This document shows positions 61,628 to 64,000 of a stretch of 64,000 nt of DNA, in pieces. Every line of letters starts with the position of its first letter. Within the stretch, counting starts at the first letter, position 1. The notes under the pieces are model-generated. The model was given only the letters and a program-made list of their open reading frames with translations, had not been told where the DNA came from and searched no databases. The position numbers and the translations under genes were made by a program. The stretch is from Chrysomallon squamiferum (lineage: Eukaryota; Animalia; Mollusca), in NCBI GenBank assembly GCA_012295275.1, contig CM022665.1:32922001-32986000 (forward strand), given 5' to 3'.

Positions 61628-62259
61628 TTTAATTTTCTTACTATTATTAATTATTTATTATTATTTGCTTTGATAAAATGAAAAATAGACTTAATAACGC
61701 TTGATTAAATGGTTTTATAATAATAATGATAATAGTAATAAAATAAATAATAAAAAAACTAAATAAATAAAAAGTAAATAAAAAATCATTAACTTTGATA
61801 TGGCTTTAATGTTACTCTTCAGAAAAAAACAACAAAAAACATCAGTTTAGATTAAGTTTTATAATCTACAAATCTAGCGGTGGGGTTCTGGGGCCACTAT
61901 TTATTAAACTCATTAAAATTTTATTTTTAGTTTATTTCTGTTATCTTTTATTTTATTTTTATTCTGGAAATATAAATATGAGTTTTATCTATTTCTTTAA
62001 ATTATTATTATTTTCTCTGTGCATTAAGAAAACTGACATAAAATTGTTACAATGGTCGAGATTTAATTGAAATAGAAAATAATTATATTTCAAAATACAA
62101 ATAAATTTCTGTAAAGAATATCTAACAATGGAGTGAATGTTGAAAGTGAAAAAGAGGTTTTGTATGTATGGGGTAGAGAGATACACAAACAGTCAGATAG
62201 ATAGATGGAAAGATAGCTAGATAGACAGACACACAGACAGATAGATAGATAGATAGATG

Positions 62260-62297
<38 letters not shown>

Positions 62298-63077
62298 TAG
62301 ATAGATAGATAGATAGACAGATAAATGGACACAGATAAACAGATAAAAGGATAGGTGGATGGATGGATTGTGGATAGATTTATGGATTGATTGATAGATG
62401 GATGGAGACAAAGGAGTAAGAGAAAGTATGAGTGAGAGATTAAGAGTGAAAAAGAGAGAAAACTGGTAAGAGAGTAAAACAATTTTGCAGAGAATGCCTT
62501 AAGATCCGATAATTATAAATTAAACCAGTGAAGAGGAATTTACTTTTTTAACTTAATTTTTCTCAGATGACATACTGACATCTTCGGTAGTAATTCAATG
62601 TATGTGTATGCTGACTGACATATAAAAAATATAATATCTCATTTTACATATAAATTCATAAGAGGATGATGCTCCAGACATCAACATATTCCTCCTAATT
62701 TATACTCGCAGAACTTTTTGAAATTACGGATCACCATTGCAGCTGCATTAGTTATTCCGTTCAAAACACAGATCCCTTGTGGGCAAAGACCTATTCGTAA
62801 TTCATCACGTGCAATTTATCCGCCATTGCAAAGAGTCATTTATGTTTTTAAACAGCCATAGTAAGATGTTCACAACAGCCGTAGACAACACTTAAATTTC
62901 TAAATCTTACTCTTTGAGACCTCATGTATTTATGTTTCTATCACAATATTTATCCGATTATATTTACTTTCTTTCACAAAGTGCAACAATATAGTACTCA
63001 TACCGTATTTTCTTACATTACATCTGGTGTATATGTTCATTCAACTTAAAATAAATAAATAAATAAATAAAATAAAA

Positions 63078-63298
63078 TTATAAATCATTTTCTTTCAGGT
63101 GATTTATCAGTTTTTGTAGGGAAGAAAGACAATGGTTTCGCCATCTACGAGTTTTGTCCCTTTGTTTCAGGGGTATTTGAATTAACAATTCTTTTTCAAT
63201 TTCCTTGGCAATATCGCCTCCCATTCTTTCGTTTACTTTTATATCTCTCTGTATCCCTAGCACCATGTCACCGGCTCTTATGCAGAAATCTAACCATC
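63078..63298 (-). CDS. Terminal exon of a divergent CRYL1-like paralogue (rest of the gene lies beyond the window)
   Basis: A phase-1 acceptor (ttccag|GA) matches the CRYL1 last exon. The translation GWLDFCIRAGDMVLGIQRDIKVNERMGGDIAKEIEKELLIQIPLKQRDKTRRWRNHCLSSLQKLINHLKENDL* aligns without gaps to CRYL1 exon 6 (GFQNYCEKYGDIIYRVQ...EKMEGE..IQDEL...VPL...RRRWRE...LSKL), about 21/73 identities by hand count. Confidence 0.8.
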
Positions 63299-64000
63299 CT
63301 GGAATGTAGAGATTAAATTAAATATAATCTTCATTTTGATGACGATGATGATAATAATGATTAGTTTTTCTGTAGCCAAGCGTACATAGTAAACATCACA
63401 ACGTAATATAACGGCAACAGGAGCATGACGATTACTGACACTGCAACGTATGCAAAAGTATTGTGTAGCTCCAAAAATCGATTATCAAGAACAGTAATGT
63501 TTCTAAAAACACATTATCAGTGAAAATGTCTCATTATGTTAAATGCTGATCAAATGTATATATAATATTACAAATTTATACTTTATTCTTGTCTAAATGA
63601 CAAGCGATCTTTTTTGTGTATTTGTAGCATGTTTCTGCCATGCTAGTGAAAATAAATATTTATGTGTTAAAGCATATATCACTATTATCAGTAACGATAC
63701 AAACAAGACAAGCTAATAAAACCACCACCACTACAAACAACAACCAATAAAAGTAATAAAAATATCACTGAACTCCTCAGTTTACTATATTTATGAGTTA
63801 TATTGTTCAAACTGCGAATACGGAACATCAAACTGCTTCTTTATCTGTTTGTACCTGTTTAGCTATTTGCTTATGTATGTATATGTGAATGCATGTATGT
63901 AAGTATGCCTATACAGAGTTGTTTACCATTTCGATTGATGTGTTGCACATCGAACATCCCCATACACCAGTACCACATACATGCCTTCTTTCATGCCTGT

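Overview
Very AT-rich, microsatellite-dense, intron-rich animal genomic DNA. It is probably a lophotrochozoan or mollusc; this is an inference from gene content, exon structure and SINE-like fragments. Most long ORFs in the supplied track are microsatellite artefacts, so I reconstructed the real genes by hand from splice sites and codon phase. In order: (1) the last 12 exons of a plus-strand gene encoding an uncharacterised repeat protein resembling ciliary microtubule-inner proteins (to 7016); (2,3) two tandem 9-exon minus-strand genes for GPI-anchored ecto-5'-nucleotidase (NT5E/CD73-like) at 8185-15188 and 18141-32014; (4) PDHA1 (37809-42789, minus); (5) CRYL1/L-gulonate 3-dehydrogenase (53749-58717, minus); (6) the last exon of a strongly diverged CRYL1 paralogue (63078-63298, minus). 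The main finding is the downstream NT5E copy. It has an intact frame, signal peptide, disulfide cysteines, nucleoside pocket and GPI tail, but has lost 4 of 6 metal ligands, so it is a candidate CD73 pseudoenzyme sitting next to a canonical active paralogue. A second theme is short, near-perfect duplications of local sequence, several anchored on microsatellite ends, which suggests templated insertion. Introns and intergenic DNA carry Tc1/mariner, Tigger/pogo, MULE, Penelope, SINE and MITE remnants and a 60/66-bp higher-order minisatellite. I saw no rRNA, tRNA or CRISPR features.
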